A stretch of 64,000 nucleotides of DNA from a virus. The notes beneath the pieces are model-generated. The model searched no databases. It was given only the letters and a program-made list of their open reading frames with translations, and had not been told where the DNA came from. The position numbers and the translations under genes are program-made. Positions 8,762 through 16,135 of the stretch are shown in pieces (positions within the stretch are counted from its first letter, which is position 1; each line of letters begins with the position of its first letter). The DNA is taken from IMG/VR virus record IMGVR_UViG_3300035698_010970, positions 1 through 64,000 of that record; one strand, given 5' to 3'.

Positions 8762-9580
8762 TCAAGGGATATCTACGACAATTCTCCCTGGACCTTTGAT
8801 GGTAAGGGCCGCTCCTGTAGCGGATTTAGTCGAGCTTATCTGACCAGAGCAAACAATAGAGAAACTAGGGTCGGGAAGCACTACATGACCCACCAGTTGC
8901 TTTTCAGGGTCTTTTGGCTTAGGGGGCTGCATTGTGACGAGCTTTTCAGCGGTTTCCGTCAGGGGGAGGTTCAGGAGCCCGGTTCTCTTGAGACCTTCGG
9001 TGGTGACCTCTCCCATCATGCCATCGATGGGGCCGACATTGATCCCGTTACGGTGCAGTTGAGCTTGGATGAAGCGCTCTAGAGCCTTGGGTCCTTCCCA
9101 GGTTCCCACATCGACTTGGCAAGCGGATGCCAGAGAGGGCCAGGCTTCCTCTCCTCGTCCCAGGCTCAGCAGGTGGTCATACAGGACCTGCCAGGGTCCA
9201 AGGTAGTGCATGAGCCCTGCAGTGGACGTTGGCATGGGGTACCGATCCCAGGGGGTGAATCCGCAGGGGATAGCGAGGCCCCACAAGAGAGCCAGCTCTC
9301 TCTCCTTGCGGGTTTTCTCTTCGCCCTCATCGTCGATGATCTGCAAGCCGAGGGTGACTTCTCGTCCAGAGGGTTTCATGGACCACTCAGGTTGGCATCC
9401 GGTCAAACCCGGATCTTCGGAAACTCGCTCCCAGGACATGTCTACCTTAGGAGTTCCTCCAAACTGGATGCGAACATTCCCTAGCTTGGCAGCGCGAGCT
9501 TCCAGCTTTCGCATGGCTTCGGCCATGTCGGAAGTGATGGCTGCTTGTCGATACTGTATGAGTCGTTCTCGGGAGATCAT
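8762..9580 (-). CDS. Peptidoglycan-binding-domain protein with a degenerate M15-peptidase-like N-terminus
   Basis: FIQAQLHRNGINVGPIDGMMGEVTTEGLK resembles PG_binding_1; SMKPSGREVTL resembles SxHxxGxAxD without the His and Asp. Confidence 0.6.
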   Translation of the reverse strand: MISRERLIQYRQAAITSDMAEAMRKLEARAAKLGNVRIQFGGTPKVDMSWERVSEDPGLTGCQPEWSMKPSGREVTLGLQIIDDEGEEKTRKERELALLWGLAIPCGFTPWDRYPMPTSTAGLMHYLGPWQVLYDHLLSLGRGEEAWPSLASACQVDVGTWEGPKALERFIQAQLHRNGINVGPIDGMMGEVTTEGLKRTGLLNLPLTETAEKLVTMQPPKPKDPEKQLVGHVVLPDPSFSIVCSGQISSTKSATGAALTIKGPGRIVVDIP

Positions 9581-11235
9581 TTTTTCCGGCTTTTCAAGTA
9601 GGCTGTCGCAAGCTGTTTGATGTGCTCTGGATTAGCCTTTCCAGTGGAAAGAAGCTTAGCGTGAGGGTCACGCACCCCTTCTGCTTGTTGTCGCTTAACT
9701 CCTAGCACATCCACCATGATCGGATCGGCGCCGTCTCGCGCTATTAGATAGTACGCGAACACAGGCTCGCGTTGTCCGTCCCGAAGCACCCTTCCTACGC
9801 ATTGCTCAATAGCTTCAGGGCTCCAATCCAGTTCTCCGATAATGACGTTTGAGGTTACGTGCTGAAGCCCGTCCACTCCGGAGCCTGAACGTAGGGACAT
9901 TAGAAGGACTTTGGAATCCCCTTGCAAGAAGCTCTCTAGATTCCGTTGCTTCTGCACGGGGGTTTCCGATCCAGTGAACAACACCGGGTTGAGGTTCTTC
10001 AACTTCTCGCACCAGATAGAGTAAACATCTCGGTGCCACCCAAAGACCACCACAGGGCCGGATTGGTCTACGATCATGCGGATAAACTCCGCAACAAAAG
10101 GGGCCTTCGCCAGGCCTGTAATCTGGCGCATCTTGGAGTCGAATTGCCCGGCAGCGGAGAACCTATCCTCTTTTTTAGACTCCTGGCTCAAGATGATTGC
10201 TGCCAGCTCAGAAGCCGCATCCTTAGCTTCGGACAGAGCAGATGAGTCACTATCCACCTCTTCTACGATGCGCGTGATTGGAGGAAGCTCTCGCCCAACG
10301 TCTGCCTTCGTTCTGCGAAGCATGATCCCCGTTTCACGAAGATACATGCCAAAGGCTTTCGGGTCTCCAATCTGGCTCTTGTCAGTGTTGGAGCTTCGGC
10401 GGCACCACTCTCGGAGAAACTCCTCCTTTGTCCCCAGAGCACCCTGAGACAGGATGTTCAACACGTTCCAATACTCGACTCCATAGTTATATATGGGCGT
10501 CGCCGAGAGCCCTAGAAGCCAAGTAGCGGAAGCTGCGATAGTGTCCGCAGCTTCGTATTTGAGGCTGCCCTCTCTTCGTAGCTCTTGACACTCATCAAAA
10601 ACGACGGTCTTGAAGAGCTTCGAAAAGACGTCCACCCAACCCGACAACTTGTGGTAGGTGCTAATTACCACAGCGGTGTCATCTTCAAGGCTGTATGGGG
10701 CGGTCTTCTTTATGATGTGCGTCTTCAGCTCAGGAAGGAACTTCTTTAGTTGCTGTTTCCAGTGTGTCTGCAAGTGCGTAGGAACAACTACCAGAGCGGG
10801 CAACGTTCCTTCGAGAGCTAAGAGAGCTATTGCACTAACGGTTTTCCCAAGCCCCAGATCGTCCGCTAGGAGGAGACCTTTCGTATTGAAGCACAGTTGA
10901 GCTGCCTGAGCTTGGTATGGCCTTGGAGGCAACGCCATACCGGATATCTTGGGCACCGAATGCCCTTGGAGGATCTGCCAAGTTTTAGTGGCTCTCTGGT
11001 CAAACTCCTGAGCCTTTGTCACGAGAATGTCGGGGTGTGAGACATCCAGCGGGTAGCGCTGCAAGAACCACTCTAGGTCTCTGCAGTTCTCCTCTGTCGC
11101 AGACAGGTACAAGACCTTAGACGCTTTTCGAATCTTCTGGAAGACCTGCTTGGCCCGCATTGCTACATGTGGCTCTAGGTCTAGCTTCCAAGCTTTCTGG
11201 CTAGCGACGTACGTCGCTTTTCCGAAGGACTTCAA
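9577..11235 (-). CDS. Second SNF2-family helicase (no intein)
   Basis: PRPYQ, LLADDLGLGKT, FDECQ, LSATPIYN, MLRRTK, GVDGLQ, ELDWSP, QCVGRVLRDGQ. Start probably the TTG at 11235 overlapping the upstream TGA (track start 11274). Confidence 0.9.
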   Translation of the reverse strand: MKSFGKATYVASQKAWKLDLEPHVAMRAKQVFQKIRKASKVLYLSATEENCRDLEWFLQRYPLDVSHPDILVTKAQEFDQRATKTWQILQGHSVPKISGMALPPRPYQAQAAQLCFNTKGLLLADDLGLGKTVSAIALLALEGTLPALVVVPTHLQTHWKQQLKKFLPELKTHIIKKTAPYSLEDDTAVVISTYHKLSGWVDVFSKLFKTVVFDECQELRREGSLKYEAADTIAASATWLLGLSATPIYNYGVEYWNVLNILSQGALGTKEEFLREWCRRSSNTDKSQIGDPKAFGMYLRETGIMLRRTKADVGRELPPITRIVEEVDSDSSALSEAKDAASELAAIILSQESKKEDRFSAAGQFDSKMRQITGLAKAPFVAEFIRMIVDQSGPVVVFGWHRDVYSIWCEKLKNLNPVLFTGSETPVQKQRNLESFLQGDSKVLLMSLRSGSGVDGLQHVTSNVIIGELDWSPEAIEQCVGRVLRDGQREPVFAYYLIARDGADPIMVDVLGVKRQQAEGVRDPHAKLLSTGKANPEHIKQLATAYLKSRKK

Positions 11236-11594
11236 AACGGGTTTAGATAGATCACCTGCACGGGCTTCTCGCACATTGCCTCCGGCATCCTTCGATGCGC
11301 TGTCTTAGTGGTAACCAAAACCAGCTCCACGATGTCCGGGTGTTGGGCATAGCGATGAAGCTGGCGTGTCACGGAAGTCAGGCTCTCTTGAATCTTCACT
11401 TCCAGCCCTAAACCCTCTCCGAGAAAGAAGTCGATACGATCGGTTCCGGCTAAAAGTCGCTCTCTCTCGTACGGAATTTCAAGCTCATCAAACAATTGAG
11501 CCAGACCTTTTTGCAAGTCTAGTTCGCAAGAGAAAGAAAAAGAACTGTTGAGCACCGCAGTGGTGAGACGTTGACACAAGTCTGGGCCGGTCAT
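11232..11594 (-). CDS. Small PD-(D/E)xK nuclease-like protein
   Basis: E..LQ..L...RE...RIDF......LEVK......QL.RY motif pattern. Confidence 0.6.
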   Translation of the reverse strand: MTGPDLCQRLTTAVLNSSFSFSCELDLQKGLAQLFDELEIPYERERLLAGTDRIDFFLGEGLGLEVKIQESLTSVTRQLHRYAQHPDIVELVLVTTKTAHRRMPEAMCEKPVQVIYLNPF

Positions 11595-11932
11595 GGGCCA
11601 ACCTTCAAACCGAGCTTCTTGGCTTCAGCAAGGAGTGCCGCCTTGCGTTTCTCTTTTTTGGCGTTTTGAGCCTTCTGCCACTTGTCGTAAGCCTTCTTTT
11701 CGGTGGCATAGCGCCAGTTGGCTTGCTCCTCAGTTTCGAGGGTCCTTGCCATCGCACAGAAGTAACCGTCATGCCCTTCGATCTCGAACTCCACAGTCGT
11801 CATGCCTTGCTCCTCCATCTGATCTGCAAGCTTGCGAAGGTCCTCCGGAGAGTACTCAAGGTACGACCCAAAGAGGGGAGTCTCGTGCCGCACGATTTGT
11901 GGCTTCTTGATTGCAAAGATGGGGCGCTTCAT
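11591..11932 (-). CDS. Hypothetical protein (113 aa)
   Basis: ATGA-coupled at both ends; basic C-terminal helix. Confidence 0.65.
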   Translation of the reverse strand: MKRPIFAIKKPQIVRHETPLFGSYLEYSPEDLRKLADQMEEQGMTTVEFEIEGHDGYFCAMARTLETEEQANWRYATEKKAYDKWQKAQNAKKEKRKAALLAEAKKLGLKVGP

Positions 11933-13530
11933 GGAGCCTTTGTGATGGAGATGGCGCAGGTCAGCAAGGTGGTAGAAACCGAAACAGCCGTTTCAATTGC
12001 CGACAGGACAACGGGGATAGGATCCAACAGCATTGGATCGTTGCGAAGATTTCGCATCTCCCCTTGTAGTACGTCAAAACCGAACATCTTGTGTTTCTTC
12101 ACAGAGAGGCTCTCAAGCTCCTGGAGGACGAGAGGAGCTTCGTACCCGGCATTGGTCACCAAGGCCACCACAGGAGCCCTGAGAGCTTCACACAAGGCTT
12201 GCTGAGCAGCTCGGAGGGTCTCATCACCCGCAGGCACAGTCCAACCTTCGATGGCTTGAGCGAGTCGCCAAGCGGTTGTGCCGGCGCCGAGGCAGACGCC
12301 TTCGTTGAGAGCAGCTCTCACGGCATGTAGGCCGTCTTCGATGCGCCCTTTGCGCTCCTTAGCCACGGCTGGGGTGACGCCTCCTACTCTGAGGACACAG
12401 AAACCATCCGTGAGCTTGGCAATGCGCTCTTGGAGCTTCTCCAGGTCGTGGTTTGAAGTTGTCCGCCCCTTCTCCTCTCGAAGCACCTTGACTCGGTTTT
12501 CGATGTTCTCGTAAGCGTCGTCAAAACAAACGAGTGTAGTCTTGTCTTGCTGGACAGAAACTTGCTGAGCTGATCCGAGCCACCTGGATTCGAAGTTCTT
12601 GATTGACATTCCAGCTTCGGGGTCGAACACCCTGGCTTGAGTGAGCGCGGCAATGTCTTCGAGGTAGACTCGCATCTTCGGAGTGATCTTGCCGGGAGCA
12701 CGGATTCCACACGAATGTAACACGTTTTGCTTCGTGTTCGTGACCATCGTTTTCAACGCGTCACCGTAAATCCCGTGGCTGACAATCAACAGGGGAAGGT
12801 TTCCTGGCACCATGGATGATGCCTCCAAGATGGGCACGATCTCCTCGAACTTAGTCAGTGTTGTGGCTACCACAGCAACGAGGCACACGTCTTTCGCCCA
12901 GGCTTCTCCCTCCGTGAAGTCGGAAGTTTCCCAGCCTTGATTCAGTTCCATGCCGTGCTTAGGCAGCACTTCGACCCCGAGACCTTTGCCATCTTCGACC
13001 ACGACCATGCCGTGTTTTCCAACTTGCAAGCAAGCATCTGCGAGAGCCTTGGCAACTTCTCGATCAGATTTGGTCGTGTGGAGAGCGATGTCTTCGAGCA
13101 TTTCCCGTTGGGTAACGTGAATCGTCGTCAACCACTGGTCTTTTCGTTCCATGTAGTGTTCGAGAATGCCTCGAACACATTGCACGAATTCTTGAGGATC
13201 GTAGCCCGCTGTCAAGTACTTGTGTCCGGACTCCAGGAGTTTGCCGGCGATGAGTGCGGTCGTTGAAGTGCCGTCTCCTGCATCTCGGCCGACTTTGAGG
13301 CAGGCATCCTGCAAAACCGAAGCACCCAACCTCTCGATAGGGTCTTGGGGGCAAACTTCCAGAGCCACGGCTACTCCGTCTCGCGTTGACAGGATTCCAG
13401 CCTGACGGTCGAGCATGACCGTGCGTCCTTGGGGGCCATAGGTTACGCGGACAGCCTTCACCAGTTGAAGGGCTCCCCGAACCATTGCTGCTCGATCCCC
13501 CGAGACTTGTACTGGTTTAGGTTTTCTCAT
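11929..13530 (-). CDS. groEL: Divergent group I chaperonin (GroEL-like)
   Basis: TYGPQGRTV, TRDGVAVA, AGDGTSTT, PLLIVS..IYGDAL, EKLQERIAKL, KERKGRIEDGLHAVRAA..EGVCLGAG, LDP..V; no C-terminal GGM tail. Confidence 0.92.
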   Translation of the reverse strand: MRKPKPVQVSGDRAAMVRGALQLVKAVRVTYGPQGRTVMLDRQAGILSTRDGVAVALEVCPQDPIERLGASVLQDACLKVGRDAGDGTSTTALIAGKLLESGHKYLTAGYDPQEFVQCVRGILEHYMERKDQWLTTIHVTQREMLEDIALHTTKSDREVAKALADACLQVGKHGMVVVEDGKGLGVEVLPKHGMELNQGWETSDFTEGEAWAKDVCLVAVVATTLTKFEEIVPILEASSMVPGNLPLLIVSHGIYGDALKTMVTNTKQNVLHSCGIRAPGKITPKMRVYLEDIAALTQARVFDPEAGMSIKNFESRWLGSAQQVSVQQDKTTLVCFDDAYENIENRVKVLREEKGRTTSNHDLEKLQERIAKLTDGFCVLRVGGVTPAVAKERKGRIEDGLHAVRAALNEGVCLGAGTTAWRLAQAIEGWTVPAGDETLRAAQQALCEALRAPVVALVTNAGYEAPLVLQELESLSVKKHKMFGFDVLQGEMRNLRNDPMLLDPIPVVLSAIETAVSVSTTLLTCAISITKAP

Positions 13531-13826
13531 GGGATGAGAACCAACGTGGCCTTCTTATCAGAAAAACCGGAACCCGAGCCATTGCCAAAGCCAGAGCCAT
13601 AGCCGTCGCCACGGCCAGTGCCAAAACCATAGCCATTGCCATTGCCAGAGCCATTGCCAAAGCCACGGCCAGAGCCAATGCCAAGGCCACGGCCAGAGCC
13701 CTGGCCATCGCCTTCGCCACGGCCATCGCCAAAACCATAGCCATAGCCAGAGCCATAGCCACCGCCAAAGCCAATGCCAACGCCGAGTCCACGTTTCTCA
13801 ACTCGATCTGGGTCGAAGATTCTCAT
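13527..13826 (-). CDS. Glycine-rich microprotein 3 (MRIFDPDRVEKR-(GX)n-KATLVLIP)
   Basis: Internal ATG at 13826 of the 195-aa track ORF matches the starts of the two upstream paralogues. The stop overlaps the groEL ATG. Confidence 0.7.
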   Translation of the reverse strand: MRIFDPDRVEKRGLGVGIGFGGGYGSGYGYGFGDGRGEGDGQGSGRGLGIGSGRGFGNGSGNGNGYGFGTGRGDGYGSGFGNGSGSGFSDKKATLVLIP

Positions 13827-13836
13827 AGTGTGTGAG

Positions 13837-14114
13837 CTATGCCGGAGTTTGGCCTTTGAGCAAATAGCAGGCATCCGTGTCTCCTTCGCAGGCCTTCTTC
13901 GCGAGAAATTTTTCCAGCTTGGCAACACACACTTCAGCTTCGGAAGGAGCCAACGGTTGCTGCCATCTCGGGTATTTTGCTTTTGCCGACGGACAGTATC
14001 GAGATTCTGGACAAGCTGGCTCTTCGCGTCCGTGTAGCTTGCCTCGGGATTAACTCTCTGAACGTACCGATCAATGGCGTGTGTGGTGAAGGTGAACTCC
14101 TGAACGTTGGCCAC
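13837..14114 (-). pseudogene. Frameshifted small gene (THAIDRYVQR motif)
   Basis: Good RBS and ATG at 14114. After ~13925 the -1 frame reads AKLEKFLAKKACEGDTDACYLLKGQTPA* (TAG 13837-13839), while frame 0 runs into microprotein 3. Confidence 0.4.
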
Positions 14115-14135
14115 TATGTCCCTCTCGTTGGAAGT

Positions 14136-14327
14136 TTAGGGTACGAAAACAAGGGTGGGCTTCTCTCCCTTGGGTTTACCATGGGAGAGAACTTGGATGC
14201 TAAGAATTCGGGTATCTGGGTCTACACGAAAATCGTATTCAGAGCCCGCACCAGCCTCACCATGGCCAGAGCCAGAGCCAGAGCCACAGGTCCACTTCTC
14301 AACTCGATCTGGATCGTAGATCCTCAT
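14136..14327 (-). CDS. Glycine-rich microprotein 2 (MRIYDPDRVEKW...KPTLVFVP)
   Basis: Paralogous termini; ATGA-coupled start. Confidence 0.7.
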   Translation of the reverse strand: MRIYDPDRVEKWTCGSGSGSGHGEAGAGSEYDFRVDPDTRILSIQVLSHGKPKGEKPTLVFVP

Positions 14328-14635
14328 GGGATGAACACCATGAGGGGTTTCCTCACGCCACCCACCTCGGAGTCCGAGCTACGACCTTCACCGGAACCAC
14401 CAGTGCCATAACCATAGCCAGAGCCATCGCCAAAGCCGTCTCCATAGCCAGCGCCATCGCCATGGCCTTCGCCATCGCCATAGCCATAGCCAGTTCCAAA
14501 GCCATAGCCAAAGCCTTCGCCATGACCCTCTCCAAGGCCCTTGCCCTCTCCATGGCCAGAGCCGTCGCCCGATCCAGATCCAGAACCGTAACCCAAGCTG
14601 CCCCTCCAGGCTCGGTCTTGATCCCAAACCCTCAC
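14324..14635 (-). CDS. Glycine-rich microprotein 1 (MRVWDQDRAWR-(GX)n-KPLMVFIP)
   Basis: Paralogous termini, long GX repeat, GTGA/ATGA coupling. Confidence 0.7.
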   Translation of the reverse strand: MRVWDQDRAWRGSLGYGSGSGSGDGSGHGEGKGLGEGHGEGFGYGFGTGYGYGDGEGHGDGAGYGDGFGDGSGYGYGTGGSGEGRSSDSEVGGVRKPLMVFIP

Positions 14636-14847
14636 AAGGGACGTTCTTCCTCAAGAAACTTCGCTCCGTAGGAATCACAGTCGGCATCTGCCGGGTCTCC
14701 GAATGCTAAACACTCAAGCTCTAGCGCTCGTTCAACCATCCCGCAACGGTTGAGATAGTCCACAAACTGCTTCACGACAGCTTGCTCCTCAAGACTTGCC
14801 GGACCTCTAACCCTCTTGCGGCCTACCAAAATACTCTTGCGGCTCAT
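14632..14847 (-). CDS. Hypothetical protein (71 aa)
   Basis: Coupled overlaps on both sides. Confidence 0.55.
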   Translation of the reverse strand: MSRKSILVGRKRVRGPASLEEQAVVKQFVDYLNRCGMVERALELECLAFGDPADADCDSYGAKFLEEERPL

Positions 14848-15650
14848 CCCGACACGGGGTCCTTGAGGTTGATTTTCAACTCGGAAGCGGTGATGAAGAC
14901 CTCGTAGCGCTCTCCCGGCTCGAAAGGGTTGTTGGCCCGAGGAAAGAGCACACGACCGCGCTCCTTCTGCAGGTTGTACGGGTGGGCTCCGTCTTGGCTG
15001 TCGAGCGAGATCACCGCCTCATCATCCGTCACGAGCACGTACACAGGAGTGCCGGGGTGGATGGCTTGGCCGGAAGCCGCGATGAACTTGTCGAAAATCG
15101 GGCGAGTCAAGCAAAGTCGGCGATCCGTGTGGACGGTTGCTGTGACCATACTGGGCTGCGGCAGCGCCGGTTGCGCCGGTTGCGAAACTGCAGGCTTGGA
15201 GATGGCCGTGGGGTAGCCACTCTTGGGTCGGATAGGGTTGGACTGTGTGATCGCCTTGCCTCCTGGGGCAGGGATGTCGACCTCGAAGTCGTGGTTCTGG
15301 ATGTCGGCAGCGTCAGGGCCGTAAACGAAGACCGTGACTCCGGCAGGAGTGCGCCCAACACCTGATGTGGAACGTGCCATCTGAAGGCCAGGGAAGTCGT
15401 CTCCGTAGCTGTCTTTGTAGTTGACAGCCCCGTTGTAGTACAGATCCCGTACGTACTCCCCAAGAGAGAGCACCGAGAACCGCAGGTCTGTTCGATGCTT
15501 GCGAACCTCAGCAGCAATCTCTCCGCTGGAAAAGCAGAGGTTGTTGGCCGAGTAGAAGTCGATGCAGTCCTGAGCTGCATCGCGCCAGTTCTGGCTGTTC
15601 TGAATGGAGTCCTTGAGGGAAGTGCTGGTGGCTTTTGCGAGTGCGTTCAT
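14844..15650 (-). CDS. Hypothetical two-domain protein with Pro/Gln linker; C-terminus possibly AbrB-like
   Basis: Long ORF with AGGA RBS; ATVHTDRRLCL...GTPVYVLVTDDEAVI resembles a swapped-hairpin pattern (weak). Confidence 0.65.
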   Translation of the reverse strand: MNALAKATSTSLKDSIQNSQNWRDAAQDCIDFYSANNLCFSSGEIAAEVRKHRTDLRFSVLSLGEYVRDLYYNGAVNYKDSYGDDFPGLQMARSTSGVGRTPAGVTVFVYGPDAADIQNHDFEVDIPAPGGKAITQSNPIRPKSGYPTAISKPAVSQPAQPALPQPSMVTATVHTDRRLCLTRPIFDKFIAASGQAIHPGTPVYVLVTDDEAVISLDSQDGAHPYNLQKERGRVLFPRANNPFEPGERYEVFITASELKINLKDPVSG

Positions 15651-15739
15651 GCGAAAATTCCTGAGTGATCGTGGTCCTGAGGATAGATTAGTACTAAGGG
15701 TCTACACCAAATAGTGGTAAGGTAGCCTAATTTTCGAGA

Positions 15740-15979
15740 CTAATTTCCCCCAGTGGGGGTCGTCGATGGGGCCAGTGTCGCCGGCCATAGCGCCTTGCCA
15801 TGGACCGAGAATCGATCATCGGTGGTGGCACGCGTTAGGGTCTCGCGTACCTCGTCGGCTGAGAGTTTGATGCCTACGGCCGCCAGTGCGGTACGCGCCT
15901 TCTTCACATCTTTGGGAAGCCCGGCGGCGAGCGCGACCGCGACGTGGTCCAGAATTAGGCCGTATTCCTGCTTGCTCAT
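15740..15979 (-). CDS. Hypothetical protein (79 aa), probably leaderless
   Basis: ATG 7 nt after the CGTAGA box. Confidence 0.6.
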   Translation of the reverse strand: MSKQEYGLILDHVAVALAAGLPKDVKKARTALAAVGIKLSADEVRETLTRATTDDRFSVHGKALWPATLAPSTTPTGGN

Positions 15980-15985
15980 GCCCCC

Positions 15986-16014
15986 CTCTACGCGAACCGA
16001 GTCAAAAAATGCAC
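15986..16014 (-). promoter_or_regulatory. Repeated phage promoter-like motif, copy 2
   Basis: GTGCAT-tttttgactcggttcg(16)-CGTAGAG. Confidence 0.7.
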
Positions 16015-16076
16015 ACCAGAGTCGGATTTGGCCTCTGCTCTCCCATCAGCAGGCTCCGTAAGAAATGAGGCATCGC

Positions 16077-16117
16077 GACCAACTAGACCTTCCCATGAAG
16101 GTCTTTCTCGCTTGGTC
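16077..16117 (-). terminator. Stem-loop downstream of the PARP gene (terminator or RNA-stability hairpin)
   Basis: AGACCTTC/GAAGGTCT inner stem inside a GACCAA/TTGGTC outer stem; no clear U tract. Confidence 0.4.
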
Positions 16118-16135
16118 TCGAAGGATCAAAGAGTT

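Noticed and set aside
13527-14635. Bona fide groES genes, or a CRISPR/DGR array
   Set aside because: There is no Cpn10 beta-barrel sequence beyond the first strand. The repeats are codon-level hexamers with no repeat-spacer structure, and there is no reverse transcriptase or TR/VR pair.
13517-14687. Alternative-frame ORFs with MALAMA and WLWRW repeats
   Set aside because: They are off-frame translations of the (GX)n repeats; only the Gly frame has conserved termini and coupling.
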